The notes under the pieces: generated by a model
What the model was told of the DNA's origin: nothing
Databases searched by the model: none
The model's input: only the letters and a program-made list of their open reading frames with translations
Part shown: positions 27,591 to 36,779 of the stretch, one piece after another
Numbering within the stretch: position 1 is the first letter of the stretch
Layout of the letters: the number at the start of each line of letters is the position of its first letter
Position numbers and translations under genes: made by a program
Virus record (IMG/VR): IMGVR_UViG_2597490154_000001
Reading direction: 5' to 3' (one strand)
DNA from: a virus
Taxonomy: Duplodnaviria; Heunggongvirae; Uroviricota; Caudoviricetes
DNA: 48,488 bases

Positions 27591-28227
27591 CCGCTTTTAC
27601 ATGATGTGCTTGCGTGAAACTGTGGGTAATAACGCCTCATTCCATTGCCATAACGGCAATGGTTACAGTTCTGATATCGATCGCGCTCATATTTACACGC
27701 TGGAAGAAGCCCAAAAAGCCTGGAATTGTGGGCGAGATATCGATCAGCCTGTTTGTGCCGATAGTGTGGATGCAATGGCTGTGTGGCACGTTGATTGCCA
27801 GTACATCCCTACAGAAAGCCTGATTGAGTCAGATTGCACTGAGTATGTGGCCTACAAAAAAGGTAGCTGGAACGGCAACGATGTTTACTGGCTTCAACAC
27901 GGTGGATTGCCAACAGATGACTTCAGTAAAGCGACCATCTTTAGCTTCGCCAACAAAAACGAACCAGGAATAGTTTGGTTGCCATTTTCCATTGCTGATG
28001 CAGCAAAGCGCCGGACGTTCAATATCAATAACTTTAACCGCAGAACAATGGTTCAGGGCGCAGGTTTGGTCATGCCTGACTGGTTGAAAGAGCAGAACAG
28101 AAGAAAGAAGTCGCGAAGCGGGAAGGTGCGTTGGAATTGTCCGCATTGCGGAAAAATAACCTGGCAGTACAGCCCATATGATTTTGAAGGCTGTCGTGAT
28201 TACAACTGTGAAGGATGGCGAGAATGA
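27583..28227 (+). CDS. cysteine-rich hypothetical protein with C-terminal zinc-ribbon
   Basis: 214-aa ORF; CPHCGK ... C..C near the C-terminus. Confidence 0.45.
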   Translation: MNNRFYMMCLRETVGNNASFHCHNGNGYSSDIDRAHIYTLEEAQKAWNCGRDIDQPVCADSVDAMAVWHVDCQYIPTESLIESDCTEYVAYKKGSWNGNDVYWLQHGGLPTDDFSKATIFSFANKNEPGIVWLPFSIADAAKRRTFNINNFNRRTMVQGAGLVMPDWLKEQNRRKKSRSGKVRWNCPHCGKITWQYSPYDFEGCRDYNCEGWRE

Positions 28228-28937
28228 CAATTGACTATCAGGTACTGCGTGAGGCGGCAGAAAAGGCAACACCAGACGAATGGGTCGCATTTATTTCGAC
28301 GGATACTGGTACTTATGCGGTGCACACGCCCGGTGATGAACGATGTGAAGACGTTATCAAATGGACCGGCTTTGATGGACAGAAAAATGCAGAGAACAAC
28401 GCTCGTTATGTTGCCGCGTTCAACCCAAAGGTTGCACTGGAGCTGCTTGGTGAAATTAAGCGCCTGGAGGACACAAATATTGATGCTATGTGTCGAATTG
28501 CAGAGCTTGAGACTAATCTCGCGGCGCTGGCGGCGGAGAATGAACTGGCTCGTAAGGCAGTTCAGGCATTCTGCGATGTTGTTGGCGACAACACCGAGGT
28601 TATCGCTGAGGAGGTTGGGCGAGATGGCGTTCTGGTTATTTTGGAGGCCATGAAGGCAACAGGAAATATTCCAGCCACCGATGCTTTTCTGGCTGAAATT
28701 CGTGCGGAAGCACGCAACGAGGGGATTAACTATACCGCCAGCCGTCTTGCTGCTGCGTTCAATCACGGATTTATCAATAAGTCTTTGCGTGAAGTTTTCG
28801 ACGTTACACGCATGATTTTGTCAGCGAAAGAAGAGTTGGCTAATGAAGCGCATCCGATTGATGGCCTGTCTGGTGAATATGCAGAGAAATCCCTTGAAGA
28901 ATGGGCGGAACAGATTCGTAAAGGAGGCGACAAGTGA
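28215..28937 (+). CDS. Ead/Ea22-like protein
   Basis: 240-aa ORF; N-terminal region resembles lambdoid Ea22-like proteins by recollection; coiled-coil middle. Confidence 0.4.
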   Translation: MARMTIDYQVLREAAEKATPDEWVAFISTDTGTYAVHTPGDERCEDVIKWTGFDGQKNAENNARYVAAFNPKVALELLGEIKRLEDTNIDAMCRIAELETNLAALAAENELARKAVQAFCDVVGDNTEVIAEEVGRDGVLVILEAMKATGNIPATDAFLAEIRAEARNEGINYTASRLAAAFNHGFINKSLREVFDVTRMILSAKEELANEAHPIDGLSGEYAEKSLEEWAEQIRKGGDK

Positions 28938-29125
28938 GCAATTTAGCGAGGCTACGAGCAGTATTTAGATATTCAGAGCGGGTAATGAAGCACATACAAC
29001 CGAAAACATGGCAGAAACTGGACTCTATGGGAGTTAAGTTGGAGAAGATTACTCAACTTAAGCAGTGGCATATCGGCGAATATTATGGAAGTCCTGGTCG
29101 GGATGTTCGGTTGGTCAAAAGTTAA
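28934..29125 (+). CDS. hypothetical protein
   Basis: 63-aa ORF. Confidence 0.3.
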   Translation: MSNLARLRAVFRYSERVMKHIQPKTWQKLDSMGVKLEKITQLKQWHIGEYYGSPGRDVRLVKS

Positions 29126-29269
29126 GTATTGTTTTTTTATCGATCGATTAACCACATTGTGAAGGTTTTTTTATGGGGAAACCTTGTTTTAGGTGGTAAC
29201 TGGGTGTAGTGTTTCATTTAACGTAGTAAAACTGCGTTAAGCGATTACCGCGTAATTTGTTGCTTTATG

Positions 29270-29302
29270 AAGCCCTGCCTTTTTCGGCGGGGCTTTTTTT
29301 TT
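29270..29302 (+). terminator. strong rho-independent terminator immediately upstream of the lysis genes (tR'-like position)
   Basis: AAGCCCTGCC ... GGCGGGGCTT followed by T9. Confidence 0.75.
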
Positions 29303-29315
29303 AACGAGGATTTCA

Positions 29316-29711
29316 ATGTCAGCAGAACCAATTTCCGGTACGGCCGTTGCTGCTGGTGGCCTGATGGGTGCCAGCGTTTTTGGTATTGCAACTGGTATTG
29401 ATTACGGCGTTGTATTCGGGGCATTTGCTGGCGCTGTTTTCTATGTTGCTACAGCGGTGAATATTAGCCGTCTCAAGCTGATTGGCTATTTCTTTACATC
29501 GTTCATTGTTGGAGTGATTGGAGCGCCGTTAGTTGGCTCATTTCTTGCCAAATGGACCAGCTACAACGATCGTCCTCTTGATGCGCTTGGTGCGGTTATT
29601 GTGGCTGCATTGACAATTAAAATCCTCACGTTCGTAAACAGCCAGGATCTCGGTAGCATCTTTGGAATGCTTTCCCGCTTACGTGGAGGGGGTTCAAATG
29701 GTAAGCAGTGA
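29316..29711 (+). CDS. holin-like membrane protein
   Basis: 131-aa ORF with hydrophobic segments, SD GAGGA; first gene of the lysis cassette. Confidence 0.55.
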   Translation: MSAEPISGTAVAAGGLMGASVFGIATGIDYGVVFGAFAGAVFYVATAVNISRLKLIGYFFTSFIVGVIGAPLVGSFLAKWTSYNDRPLDALGAVIVAALTIKILTFVNSQDLGSIFGMLSRLRGGGSNGKQ

Positions 29712-29994
29712 CCCGTCAGCACTGATTAATGCGGTGCTTTGCACAGTAATAGTAATGGCGCTGATGCTTTATCGACGGAAAGACTCCAGGCATCGTCCAT
29801 TTGTTTCCTTTCTGGCTTATATCTACGTCATTGTATACGCCAATGTTCCCTTCCGTTATGTGTTCGGTCTTTATCAAGAATCCCACTGGCTGGTGGTTAT
29901 TGGAAATCTGATTATCTGCATCGTTGTTCTGTATTTCAGGGGCAATCTGGCGCGGATAGTTGACGCATTAGGGTTTAATCATGACCAAAGATGA
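29698..29994 (+). CDS. second small membrane protein of the lysis cassette (holin/antiholin candidate)
   Basis: ~98 aa from ATG 29698 with SD GGAGGGGG; hydrophobic. Confidence 0.45.
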   Translation: MVSSDPSALINAVLCTVIVMALMLYRRKDSRHRPFVSFLAYIYVIVYANVPFRYVFGLYQESHWLVVIGNLIICIVVLYFRGNLARIVDALGFNHDQR

Positions 29995-30523
29995 GATTTT
30001 TAACAGCATTCTTGGGAAAGAGGGCGGTTATGTTGATCACCCTGACGACAAGGGAGGCCCAACAAAGTGGGGCATTACTCAGAACACTGCCCGTGCTCAT
30101 GGATACCGTGGCGATATGCGCGATTTAACTCGCGAACAGGCACTGGAAATCCTTGAGGCTGATTACTGGTACGGACCACGCTTTGATCAGGTGGCCGCAT
30201 TATCCTCTGATATTGCTGCAGAGCTGTGTGACACGGGGGTGAACATGGGGCCAACAGTGGCGTCAAAAATGCTTCAACGCTGGCTGAATGTGTTCAACCT
30301 GCGCGGGAAGCTGTATCCCGATTTGGATGCAGACGGACGAATCGGTCCACGTACCATTAATGCGCTGCGTGCTTATCTTGGGAATCGGGGAAAAGACGGC
30401 GAACGGGTGATGCTGACGTCGCTGAACTGTACGCAGGGCGAACGCTATCTGGAGTTGGCGGAGAAGCGCGAGGCGAATGAGTCGTTTGTCTACGGCTGGA
30501 TGAAAGAGCGAGTGGTGGTATGA
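29981..30523 (+). CDS. endolysin, GH108-type N-terminal domain with C-terminal peptidoglycan-binding domain
   Basis: 180-aa ORF with N-terminal EGGYVDHPDDKGGPTKWGIT motif. Confidence 0.8.
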   Translation: MTKDEIFNSILGKEGGYVDHPDDKGGPTKWGITQNTARAHGYRGDMRDLTREQALEILEADYWYGPRFDQVAALSSDIAAELCDTGVNMGPTVASKMLQRWLNVFNLRGKLYPDLDADGRIGPRTINALRAYLGNRGKDGERVMLTSLNCTQGERYLELAEKREANESFVYGWMKERVVV

Positions 30524-30798
30524 CTGGTTTGAAGGCCGTTTTGTCATTTATTGGCACAATTATATTGGTTGCATTCGGCGCGTTTGGTTTTGGTCGTATG
30601 AAGGGGCGAGAAAAGGCCGAAGATGAAGCTGAAAAGCAGCGCATTAATGAGAATGCAGCCGCCGTAAAAGCCACTGCGGAGCGGCGTATAGAAGTGACAA
30701 AAGAGGTGGGCAATGTACAGCAGAGTGTTAACCATATGGCTGATGACGATGTTGATCGCGAGCTGCGGGAGTCGTGGAAGCGTCCCGGTGGTGGTTGA
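30520..30798 (+). CDS. i-spanin (Rz-like)
   Basis: 92-aa ORF with N-terminal TM segment and charged coiled-coil; follows endolysin. Confidence 0.65.
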   Translation: MTGLKAVLSFIGTIILVAFGAFGFGRMKGREKAEDEAEKQRINENAAAVKATAERRIEVTKEVGNVQQSVNHMADDDVDRELRESWKRPGGG

Positions 30799-30922
30799 TA
30801 CCGCCTGTGATTGGGTAAAGCCCATCTACCTGACTGATCACGATATCGATGTTATGGACCGCCAGACAAAGAAAGATATTCTGGCTCATAACAGGGCATG
30901 GGAAATCAACTGTCCAAAGTAA
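30713..30922 (+). CDS. o-spanin (Rz1-like lipoprotein) overlapping the i-spanin gene in another frame
   Basis: 69-aa ORF with signal peptide and lipobox-like LIASC. Confidence 0.65.
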   Translation: MYSRVLTIWLMTMLIASCGSRGSVPVVVDTACDWVKPIYLTDHDIDVMDRQTKKDILAHNRAWEINCPK

Positions 30923-30953
30923 TATATATTTCTATAATTATATAAATATATAG
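30920..30953. repeat. AT-rich motif site upstream of the tRNA
   Basis: AATATATATTTCTATAATTATATAAATATATAG. Confidence 0.5.
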
Positions 30954-31090
30954 TTACAACATTCTATGCGCTTTTCTCATTAGCGCACGCATCAACCATG
31001 TTTGTCTGATATGCCGCCGCGCCCAAAAATCCTGAATTTATTGGCTGGGATTTTCGTGCGCGGCGCCACACCAGACAAACAAATCAAATA

Positions 31091-31166
31091 TGGCCCCTTA
31101 GCTCAGTGGTTAGAGCAGGCGACTCATAATCGCACGGTCATCGGTTCAAGTCCGGTAGGGGCCACC
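31091..31166 (+). tRNA. tRNA with CAU anticodon, most like tRNA-Ile2 (lysidine) rather than initiator tRNA-Met
   Basis: Folded by hand: 7-bp acceptor stem GGCCCCT/AGGGGCC, D-stem GCTC/GAGC, anticodon loop CTCATAA, T-loop GGTTCAAGTCC, encoded CCA; G1-C72 pair excludes initiator. Confidence 0.9.
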
Positions 31167-31475
31167 AATTCACTCTCACACATAAAGATAAGCGCGGTGG
31201 AGTTACTTCTTCGTGCTCATCTTTATGTGTGCCTGGTGCACATTTCGGGAAGCCGTTGGTTAGTGAGTACAGGCAGGGCCTGTTATCCGCAAAGGGGTAA
31301 AAGCTGGAGCGGCACGGAACTGTAGCCGTGTTACCAAAACAGCGTTGTCGGGCGATATCCGGCACACAACAGGCAAGGGCATTAATCAGTCTGGTTAGTG
31401 CCCTTTTCGTTGTGTCTGCTGTAGAGCTGGCCAGCGTTATGACTGCCGGAGATAAGCGCCGGAGGCACAACTAAC

Positions 31476-32063
31476 ATGGAGGCAATTGCATTGTTTAATC
31501 TGATTTATGCAGATCCCCCCTGGGAATACAAAGATAAGTGTAAGGATGGGAATCGTGGAGCTGGTTTTAAGTATCCAACGATGAAAGCTGAGGATATTGC
31601 TCGTATTCCTGTCTGGCAGCTTGCTAATCCTGAATCGTGTTTGTTGGCCATGTGGTGGGTTCCGACTCAGCCAGAAGAAGCGTTGCTGGTGGTGAAAGCA
31701 TGGGGATTCAGGCTTATGACCATGAAGGGCTTCACATGGAACAAATGTGGTAGCCGACAACCAGATAAGCTGGTGATGGGGATGGGGCATATGACTCGTG
31801 CAAACAGTGAAGATTGCTTGTTTGCGGTAAAAGGCAAATTGCCGACCCGCCTTGATGCGGGGATCATTCAGTCGTTTACATCGCCTCGTCTGGAGCATTC
31901 TCGGAAGCCTGATGTGGTTCGTGACAAGCTGGTAAGGCTGTTAGGTGATGTTCCTCGTATTGAGCTGTTTGCTCGCGGTGATTTACCTGATGGTTGGCAT
32001 GGCTGGGGCAACCAGTGCAATGGAGGTATCCAGTTGCATGATGCTCTCTGGCAAGTGGCATAG
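31476..32063 (+). CDS. MT-A70 family N6-adenine DNA methyltransferase (orphan)
   Basis: 195-aa ORF with catalytic DPPW motif (IYADPPWEY) near the N-terminus. Confidence 0.8.
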   Translation: MEAIALFNLIYADPPWEYKDKCKDGNRGAGFKYPTMKAEDIARIPVWQLANPESCLLAMWWVPTQPEEALLVVKAWGFRLMTMKGFTWNKCGSRQPDKLVMGMGHMTRANSEDCLFAVKGKLPTRLDAGIIQSFTSPRLEHSRKPDVVRDKLVRLLGDVPRIELFARGDLPDGWHGWGNQCNGGIQLHDALWQVA

Positions 32064-32174
32064 AATTATATAATTATAGATTTATATAAAAAGTGCTTTA
32101 CAGGTGGGAAAAAATTTCCTAAGGTTATACCCGAAACCGAGCGATACCCGCCCTGGTTAAACCGGAGAAATCTG
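32064..32174 (+). promoter_or_regulatory. copy 3 of the triplicated promoter/leader cassette
   Basis: Identical to copy 2 over ~112 bp. Confidence 0.6.
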
Positions 32175-32444
32175 ATGAAAGTACAAGACCGTGAAGTAGT
32201 AAAAAACCTCCTGCAATACCTGACCTCAAAAAACCTGACGGGCAGCGTTGAGTTCCGTGAAGCGTTAAAACATTTCAACGTCACTACGGTTTATCGTTGG
32301 GAAAACAAACATTCTGAAAGACCGTATGTGGTGGATGTTTTTGCGCCTGATATTGAGTGCGGTTTTGAGCGTCATTCGTTCAAGGAGAAACATTCTGCTG
32401 ATTTTTTTTGTGAGGTTGTATGTGCGGCAGGAGATGATGAGTGA
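32175..32444 (+). CDS. hypothetical small protein driven by cassette copy 3
   Basis: 89-aa ORF with SD GGAG. Confidence 0.45.
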   Translation: MKVQDREVVKNLLQYLTSKNLTGSVEFREALKHFNVTTVYRWENKHSERPYVVDVFAPDIECGFERHSFKEKHSADFFCEVVCAAGDDE

Positions 32445-32641
32445 TGCGTATTTCCTTCAAACGTGCGACTGAGCAGCAACGCAAAGAGTTCCTGGCTGAT
32501 GATGTAGCGGCCGTTTATGACCTCATGAAAGAGGTTGTGGAATCAGGGAACTACACGGCGGCAAAGATGCTTAAACTGCAATTCTTGCTGGGCGACCTGA
32601 AATACAAATCCGAAGTTGTCGCCGGACGACGCGAGCATTAA
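32441..32641 (+). CDS. hypothetical small protein
   Basis: 66-aa ORF coupled (ATGA overlap) to the upstream gene; followed by a terminator. Confidence 0.4.
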   Translation: MMRISFKRATEQQRKEFLADDVAAVYDLMKEVVESGNYTAAKMLKLQFLLGDLKYKSEVVAGRREH

Positions 32642-32663
32642 ACCGTAACGATAACGAACAACG

Positions 32664-32690
32664 AGCCTCGGCAATTGCCGGGGCTTTTTT
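32664..32690 (+). terminator. rho-independent terminator
   Basis: AGCCTCGGCAATTGCCGGGGCT followed by T6. Confidence 0.65.
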
Positions 32691-32715
32691 ACATCCAGAC
32701 AAAGGAGAACATGGG

Positions 32716-33015
32716 ATGCCTTCGACAAGCACCAAAAAAGAAATGGCGGTTAGTGATGTGCTTTACGCGCTTTCGACTATATGTGACGGAGCAATGATGA
32801 GGATGAAAGTCCTCCGTGAAGCATACGGAAAAAGTCACGATGAGGCAGCTAAAGAATGCCTGAATGAGATTGTGGACTTCATTGATAACCATCGTTCAGT
32901 TATATCGCGTCAACCGACAGAGTCGTCCATCACGATTAGCGCACCGGTTATCAATATATCAGTAACTGCGGCGTGTAAATCAGCAGCGGAAGATGATCGT
33001 GCTTATGCCGAGTGA
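32716..33015 (+). CDS. hypothetical protein
   Basis: 99-aa ORF. Confidence 0.4.
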   Translation: MPSTSTKKEMAVSDVLYALSTICDGAMMRMKVLREAYGKSHDEAAKECLNEIVDFIDNHRSVISRQPTESSITISAPVINISVTAACKSAAEDDRAYAE

Positions 33016-33205
33016 TTTGTTCTGGTTTCCGCTTCCAATAAGAGATTTGTTGGTATTTCTGGCTGGCGCTTACGTCTGGAGAAAAGCGAAAGATACCTCG
33101 TTATCTTTGAGGTTTGTCTTAGCTATATCGGTAGGAACCGCGCTGGGTACGGCGTATCTCTTGATATTACTGGAGGTATTCATTGAAAAATGGATAGTTT
33201 CATGA
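32993..33205 (+). CDS. small membrane protein
   Basis: 70-aa hydrophobic ORF. Confidence 0.4.
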   Translation: MIVLMPSDLFWFPLPIRDLLVFLAGAYVWRKAKDTSLSLRFVLAISVGTALGTAYLLILLEVFIEKWIVS

Positions 33206-33354
33206 ATGGTCTTGGCATTTTTCTGATGGTTGTGGCTGTGTGTTTTTGTATCTCGCTGGTGGTTATTGCTGGTGTCCTGTGGCGCATCTTAGTGGCGCAG
33301 AGAGCTTTTCGGCTTAAGCGGGAGCAAATGCGCCTTGATTTCTATCGAAAGTAA
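33202..33354 (+). CDS. small membrane protein (50 aa), not in the ORF track
   Basis: ATG overlaps the upstream stop (ATGA); one TM-like segment then basic tail; terminator follows. Confidence 0.35.
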   Translation: MNGLGIFLMVVAVCFCISLVVIAGVLWRILVAQRAFRLKREQMRLDFYRK

Positions 33355-33360
33355 CTCTTA

Positions 33361-33388
33361 CAGCCTCGCGTGTCGCGGGGCTTTTATT
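33361..33388 (+). terminator. rho-independent terminator
   Basis: CAGCCTCGCGTGTCGCGGGGCT followed by TTTTATTTT. Confidence 0.6.
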
Positions 33389-33401
33389 TTCAGGTGATGT
33401 T

Positions 33402-33812
33402 ATGGAAAAGAAAGAAGATAAACCGATTGCCATTGGTGCAGAGTCTGTTCCGTTTAAGTTTGAATTATCCCAACTGGTAACAATGCGTATCAGTGAAGAG
33501 TGGGGAGAAGTTCAAGCCCGTGCTCAGTATGCAAATGGCGAAAACCAGTATTTGATTCACTATCAGGCGGCTGATGGTCGTGCTACCACAGAGTGGTTCG
33601 GTGAATCGATGTTGATTGCGATGGAAGATGATCGTTATCCAGGCTGCCCTGTTTTTGCCTGTGTTGATTTGCCAGAAGGCGCGGTACTTGAAGACGACAA
33701 AGAAGAATGCTCGTCTGATGGCGAACTTGTCATTACTGGAATCGTTGATGGTAAGCCGGAATACTCTCGTATTGAGGTAAATAACGGCCGCATCCGTTTG
33801 ATCCCTGCGTAA
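33402..33812 (+). CDS. hypothetical acidic protein
   Basis: 136-aa ORF. Confidence 0.4.
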   Translation: MEKKEDKPIAIGAESVPFKFELSQLVTMRISEEWGEVQARAQYANGENQYLIHYQAADGRATTEWFGESMLIAMEDDRYPGCPVFACVDLPEGAVLEDDKEECSSDGELVITGIVDGKPEYSRIEVNNGRIRLIPA

Positions 33813-33873
33813 TGCATTACAGCAGCTCTTGTGCTTACCAGGGGCTGCGATAATGCGCAAACCAAAGCTGCCT

Positions 33874-33918
33874 CATTAACTCCAGCTCGCTGTGGAGTTA
33901 ATGCTGGTGGCTTTTTTA
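33874..33918 (+). terminator. hairpin terminator candidate
   Basis: 10-bp stem CATTAACTCC/GGAGTTAATG, then T6 after a short spacer. Confidence 0.45.
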
Positions 33919-34046
33919 TTACTGGAAGGTGGGCGACCGCCGTCAGTTGCGACCTGACGACAGTCATTCATACCCACAGGGTGCCGTGGATACAAACCGA
34001 GGCCCACTTGCTTGCACAAGCGAGGGGATTTTAGCGGATAAACGGC

Positions 34047-34670
34047 ATGACAAAACATCTTAATGTGGTTTCTTTACCACTTTCTGTGTTGATTGGTTAT
34101 GAAAAGAACGCTCGCACACACTCCGTGGAGCAGGTAGATCAGATTGTTGCCAGCATACAGGAGTACGGATGGACTAATCCGATCCTGATAGACGAGAACA
34201 ATGTTGTAATTGCTGGTCATGGTCGAATTGCTGCGGCCACTCAGTTGGGGATGGATGATGTTCCCTGCATTGTTCTGGAAGGGCTAACGGAGAATCAGAA
34301 GAAGGCATATCGTCTGGCCGACAACCGTATTCCGCTGAATGCTGGTTGGGATGAAGAGTTGTTAAGCGCGGAGCTTGCAGATCTTGCGGCCGATGATTTT
34401 GCTCTGGACTCAATTGGTTTTACTCAGCGCGAACTGGATAACTTATTGAGTGCGGCGGTCTACGATGACACAGAGGGTATGGATATCCCATTTGAGAAGG
34501 ATGAGGCCAAATCAGGCGTAAAAGTTCAGTACCTGTCATTTGGAGGTCATAAAATCCCGGCAACGGATGAGGAAGCGGATCGTTTTGACTGCGCGGTGTC
34601 TCGTTATGTTGATGATAATGGCAGCTATATCGGATTTGTATCCGCATTGCTGGCTGGGGAGGTGTGCTGA
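34047..34670 (+). CDS. ParB-like nuclease (ParB N-terminal) domain protein
   Basis: 207-aa ORF with AGHGR motif; paralogue of 37337-37927 (~60% identity in the N-terminal 100 aa). Confidence 0.7.
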   Translation: MTKHLNVVSLPLSVLIGYEKNARTHSVEQVDQIVASIQEYGWTNPILIDENNVVIAGHGRIAAATQLGMDDVPCIVLEGLTENQKKAYRLADNRIPLNAGWDEELLSAELADLAADDFALDSIGFTQRELDNLLSAAVYDDTEGMDIPFEKDEAKSGVKVQYLSFGGHKIPATDEEADRFDCAVSRYVDDNGSYIGFVSALLAGEVC

Positions 34671-36043
34671 TGCTTCACCTCAATTACGACATAACGCACC
34701 TACGCGGCGCGGAATATAACCCGCGTTTTATCGGTGAGGATGATCTTGCGAGGCTGGCGGAAAGCGTCAGGGAGCTGGGGCTTGTGAAGCCATTGATAGT
34801 GCGCGGCGATTTGCTGGTGGCGGGACACCAAAGGACGAAGGCGCTACGTAAATTGGGAATAACGCGTGCTGCGGTGTATGTGTTGCCCTGTGAAACGACG
34901 GTATACGACGAAGTACGGTTTAACCAACTGCATAACGGAACGGATTTTGATAGCGGAGATGAGCGTTGCAGGGTGTCAGGTCTGGAAGATAAGCATGGTT
35001 TTGTTCAGGTATCGGCAAGCCAGATCTCAGGCAATATGCGCGCGAAAATGGCATATGTTCGAAAGAACATAGCGGAACTGGTTATCAAGTATGGTCCGTG
35101 GGGTGGTTGTGTTGCGACTCAGTCTGGTGAGGTTATTCACTGTGCTCAGTATGCATTAGCAGCGAAGATGACGCGCACACCGCTAACGGTGTTTGTGATC
35201 CCTGATGTTGAGAAGGAAAAATACCAAAGTTATCTGAATAAAACTTATGGTGTATTTGAGTATTCTCATCTGGAGAAAACAACATACATCCAGACGTATG
35301 CGCAGCTTATGCGGTTGCGTAATGGTGGCAGCCTGAAATCAAACCTGTATGAGTCGTTGATCCTCCCGATCATTGCCAAGACGCCAAGAGGAATTGATTT
35401 TGGTTCGGGGCAGGGAGACTACGCGCGAATGCTCAGGGCAAAGGGATATAACCTGCATGATCTCGAGCTTTTCCGCCGTAAGGGCGCTGGAAACACTCTG
35501 GATAGGGCCGCAACAAACCGGATGATTGATACGCTGGTGGACGACTTAAAAACGCGAGGGCGTTACGACTACGTGATTTGCGATAGCGTTTTGAACTCGG
35601 TCGATAGTGTCGAGGCTGAATGGTCCGTTCTGACGGTTCTAAAAGGCCTGTGTAAAGCTGGTGGGTCAATATTCTTTTCTGGTCGTAGCCGTGGAGAGCT
35701 GGAAACAGTCCTGAAGCAAACACAAGCGGCGAGTTCCAAAAGCCGGCTTTATTTTATTGATCATAACGGTTTTACCGCGTTGTACCGGAAGGGGCACTGG
35801 TTTTACCAGAAGTTTCACTCTGATGATGAAGTGAAGCAGTTGTGTCGTGTACATGGTTTCAGGATTAAGCGGTCAATATTCAACTGTAAGAGCTGGTATT
35901 TGCACGTCATTAACGATGATTCCCTTAGTTGGGCGAGTCTGGAGAAAGCTGTTCGTTTTGAGTTTGAGTTGCCGTTGCCTGGTGGTTCAACAATCGGACG
36001 ATCTGATGATGTGCTGGCGGCTTTCCGGCCGTTGATTAAGTAG
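34664..36043 (+). CDS. fusion protein: N-terminal ParB-like domain plus C-terminal class I SAM-dependent methyltransferase-like domain
   Basis: 459-aa ORF; AGHQR box; C-terminal GIDFGSGQGD, acidic residue after beta-2, YDYVICDSVL; no DPPY/NPPY or PCQ/ENV DNA-MTase motifs. Confidence 0.6.
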   Translation: MLMLHLNYDITHLRGAEYNPRFIGEDDLARLAESVRELGLVKPLIVRGDLLVAGHQRTKALRKLGITRAAVYVLPCETTVYDEVRFNQLHNGTDFDSGDERCRVSGLEDKHGFVQVSASQISGNMRAKMAYVRKNIAELVIKYGPWGGCVATQSGEVIHCAQYALAAKMTRTPLTVFVIPDVEKEKYQSYLNKTYGVFEYSHLEKTTYIQTYAQLMRLRNGGSLKSNLYESLILPIIAKTPRGIDFGSGQGDYARMLRAKGYNLHDLELFRRKGAGNTLDRAATNRMIDTLVDDLKTRGRYDYVICDSVLNSVDSVEAEWSVLTVLKGLCKAGGSIFFSGRSRGELETVLKQTQAASSKSRLYFIDHNGFTALYRKGHWFYQKFHSDDEVKQLCRVHGFRIKRSIFNCKSWYLHVINDDSLSWASLEKAVRFEFELPLPGGSTIGRSDDVLAAFRPLIK

Positions 36044-36059
36044 TGTGTAGGAGGCGCTG

Positions 36060-36779
36060 GTGGCTGACAGAATTGAGATAAAGATGGATTTTTCTTCTCA
36101 GGATATTCAACGACAACTCCAGCGCCTTGAAGAACGCGAATTGCCGTTCGCAATGGCGCTTGCGGCAACCAGAACGGCAAAGGCTTCTCAGGCTGCGATT
36201 AAGAATGAAATTAATCGGGTATTTGACAGGCCCACGCCGTGGATTCAGAACTCTACTTACGTTTTGGCCGCAAAGAAGAGTGATCCTACAGCCATTGTGT
36301 ATGCTCGTGAATGGGGAGGAACGCCAGCCCCTGTAACGTTGACTCCGCAAATCGAAGGTGGCCAACGACAGTACAAACGCTCAGAAGGGGCGCTAAGGGC
36401 TGGTGGATATTTGCCTAACGGCTGGCAGCTTGCTCCTGGTCCCGGCGCAAAGCTGGACAAATACGGGAATATTTCGCGGGGGCAATTACAGCAGGTCTTA
36501 TCTGGCCTAAGAGTTCAGCGAGATGCGCATCAAAATCGCCGTCAGGGCAAGCCTACGGAGTTTTTTGTTGTTCGACCTGGTACAAGTAACCCGCTTCAAC
36601 CAGGCGTCTGGCAGCGCGTTGGGCGGCGTCCTACGTTGATCCTTACGTTTATCCAGCAACCTAGCTATTCGCAGCGTCTTGATTGGCATGGCGTGGCGCT
36701 GCGTGCTGGTGAGGATGCGTTTGCTGATGAAGTCACAAAGGCTATTGATGACATCCTTTCTAAGACGTTCTCTCGTTAA
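36060..36779 (+). CDS. hypothetical protein (239 aa)
   Basis: Last gene of the ParB-like operon before the AT-rich packaging-proximal intergenic region. Confidence 0.45.
   Translation: MADRIEIKMDFSSQDIQRQLQRLEERELPFAMALAATRTAKASQAAIKNEINRVFDRPTPWIQNSTYVLAAKKSDPTAIVYAREWGGTPAPVTLTPQIEGGQRQYKRSEGALRAGGYLPNGWQLAPGPGAKLDKYGNISRGQLQQVLSGLRVQRDAHQNRRQGKPTEFFVVRPGTSNPLQPGVWQRVGRRPTLILTFIQQPSYSQRLDWHGVALRAGEDAFADEVTKAIDDILSKTFSR

Noticed and set aside
31002-31470. ORFs 31002-31325 (+) and 31138-31470 (-) overlapping the tRNA
   Set aside because: They overlap a well-folded tRNA gene and its flanking structured region; no coding signal
34866-36365. Internal and antisense ORFs within the ParB-MTase fusion and following gene (34866-35072, 35433-35723, 35666-35854, 35815-36180, 36036-36365)
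   Set aside because: Embedded in or antisense to longer ORFs with clear domain content; no independent support
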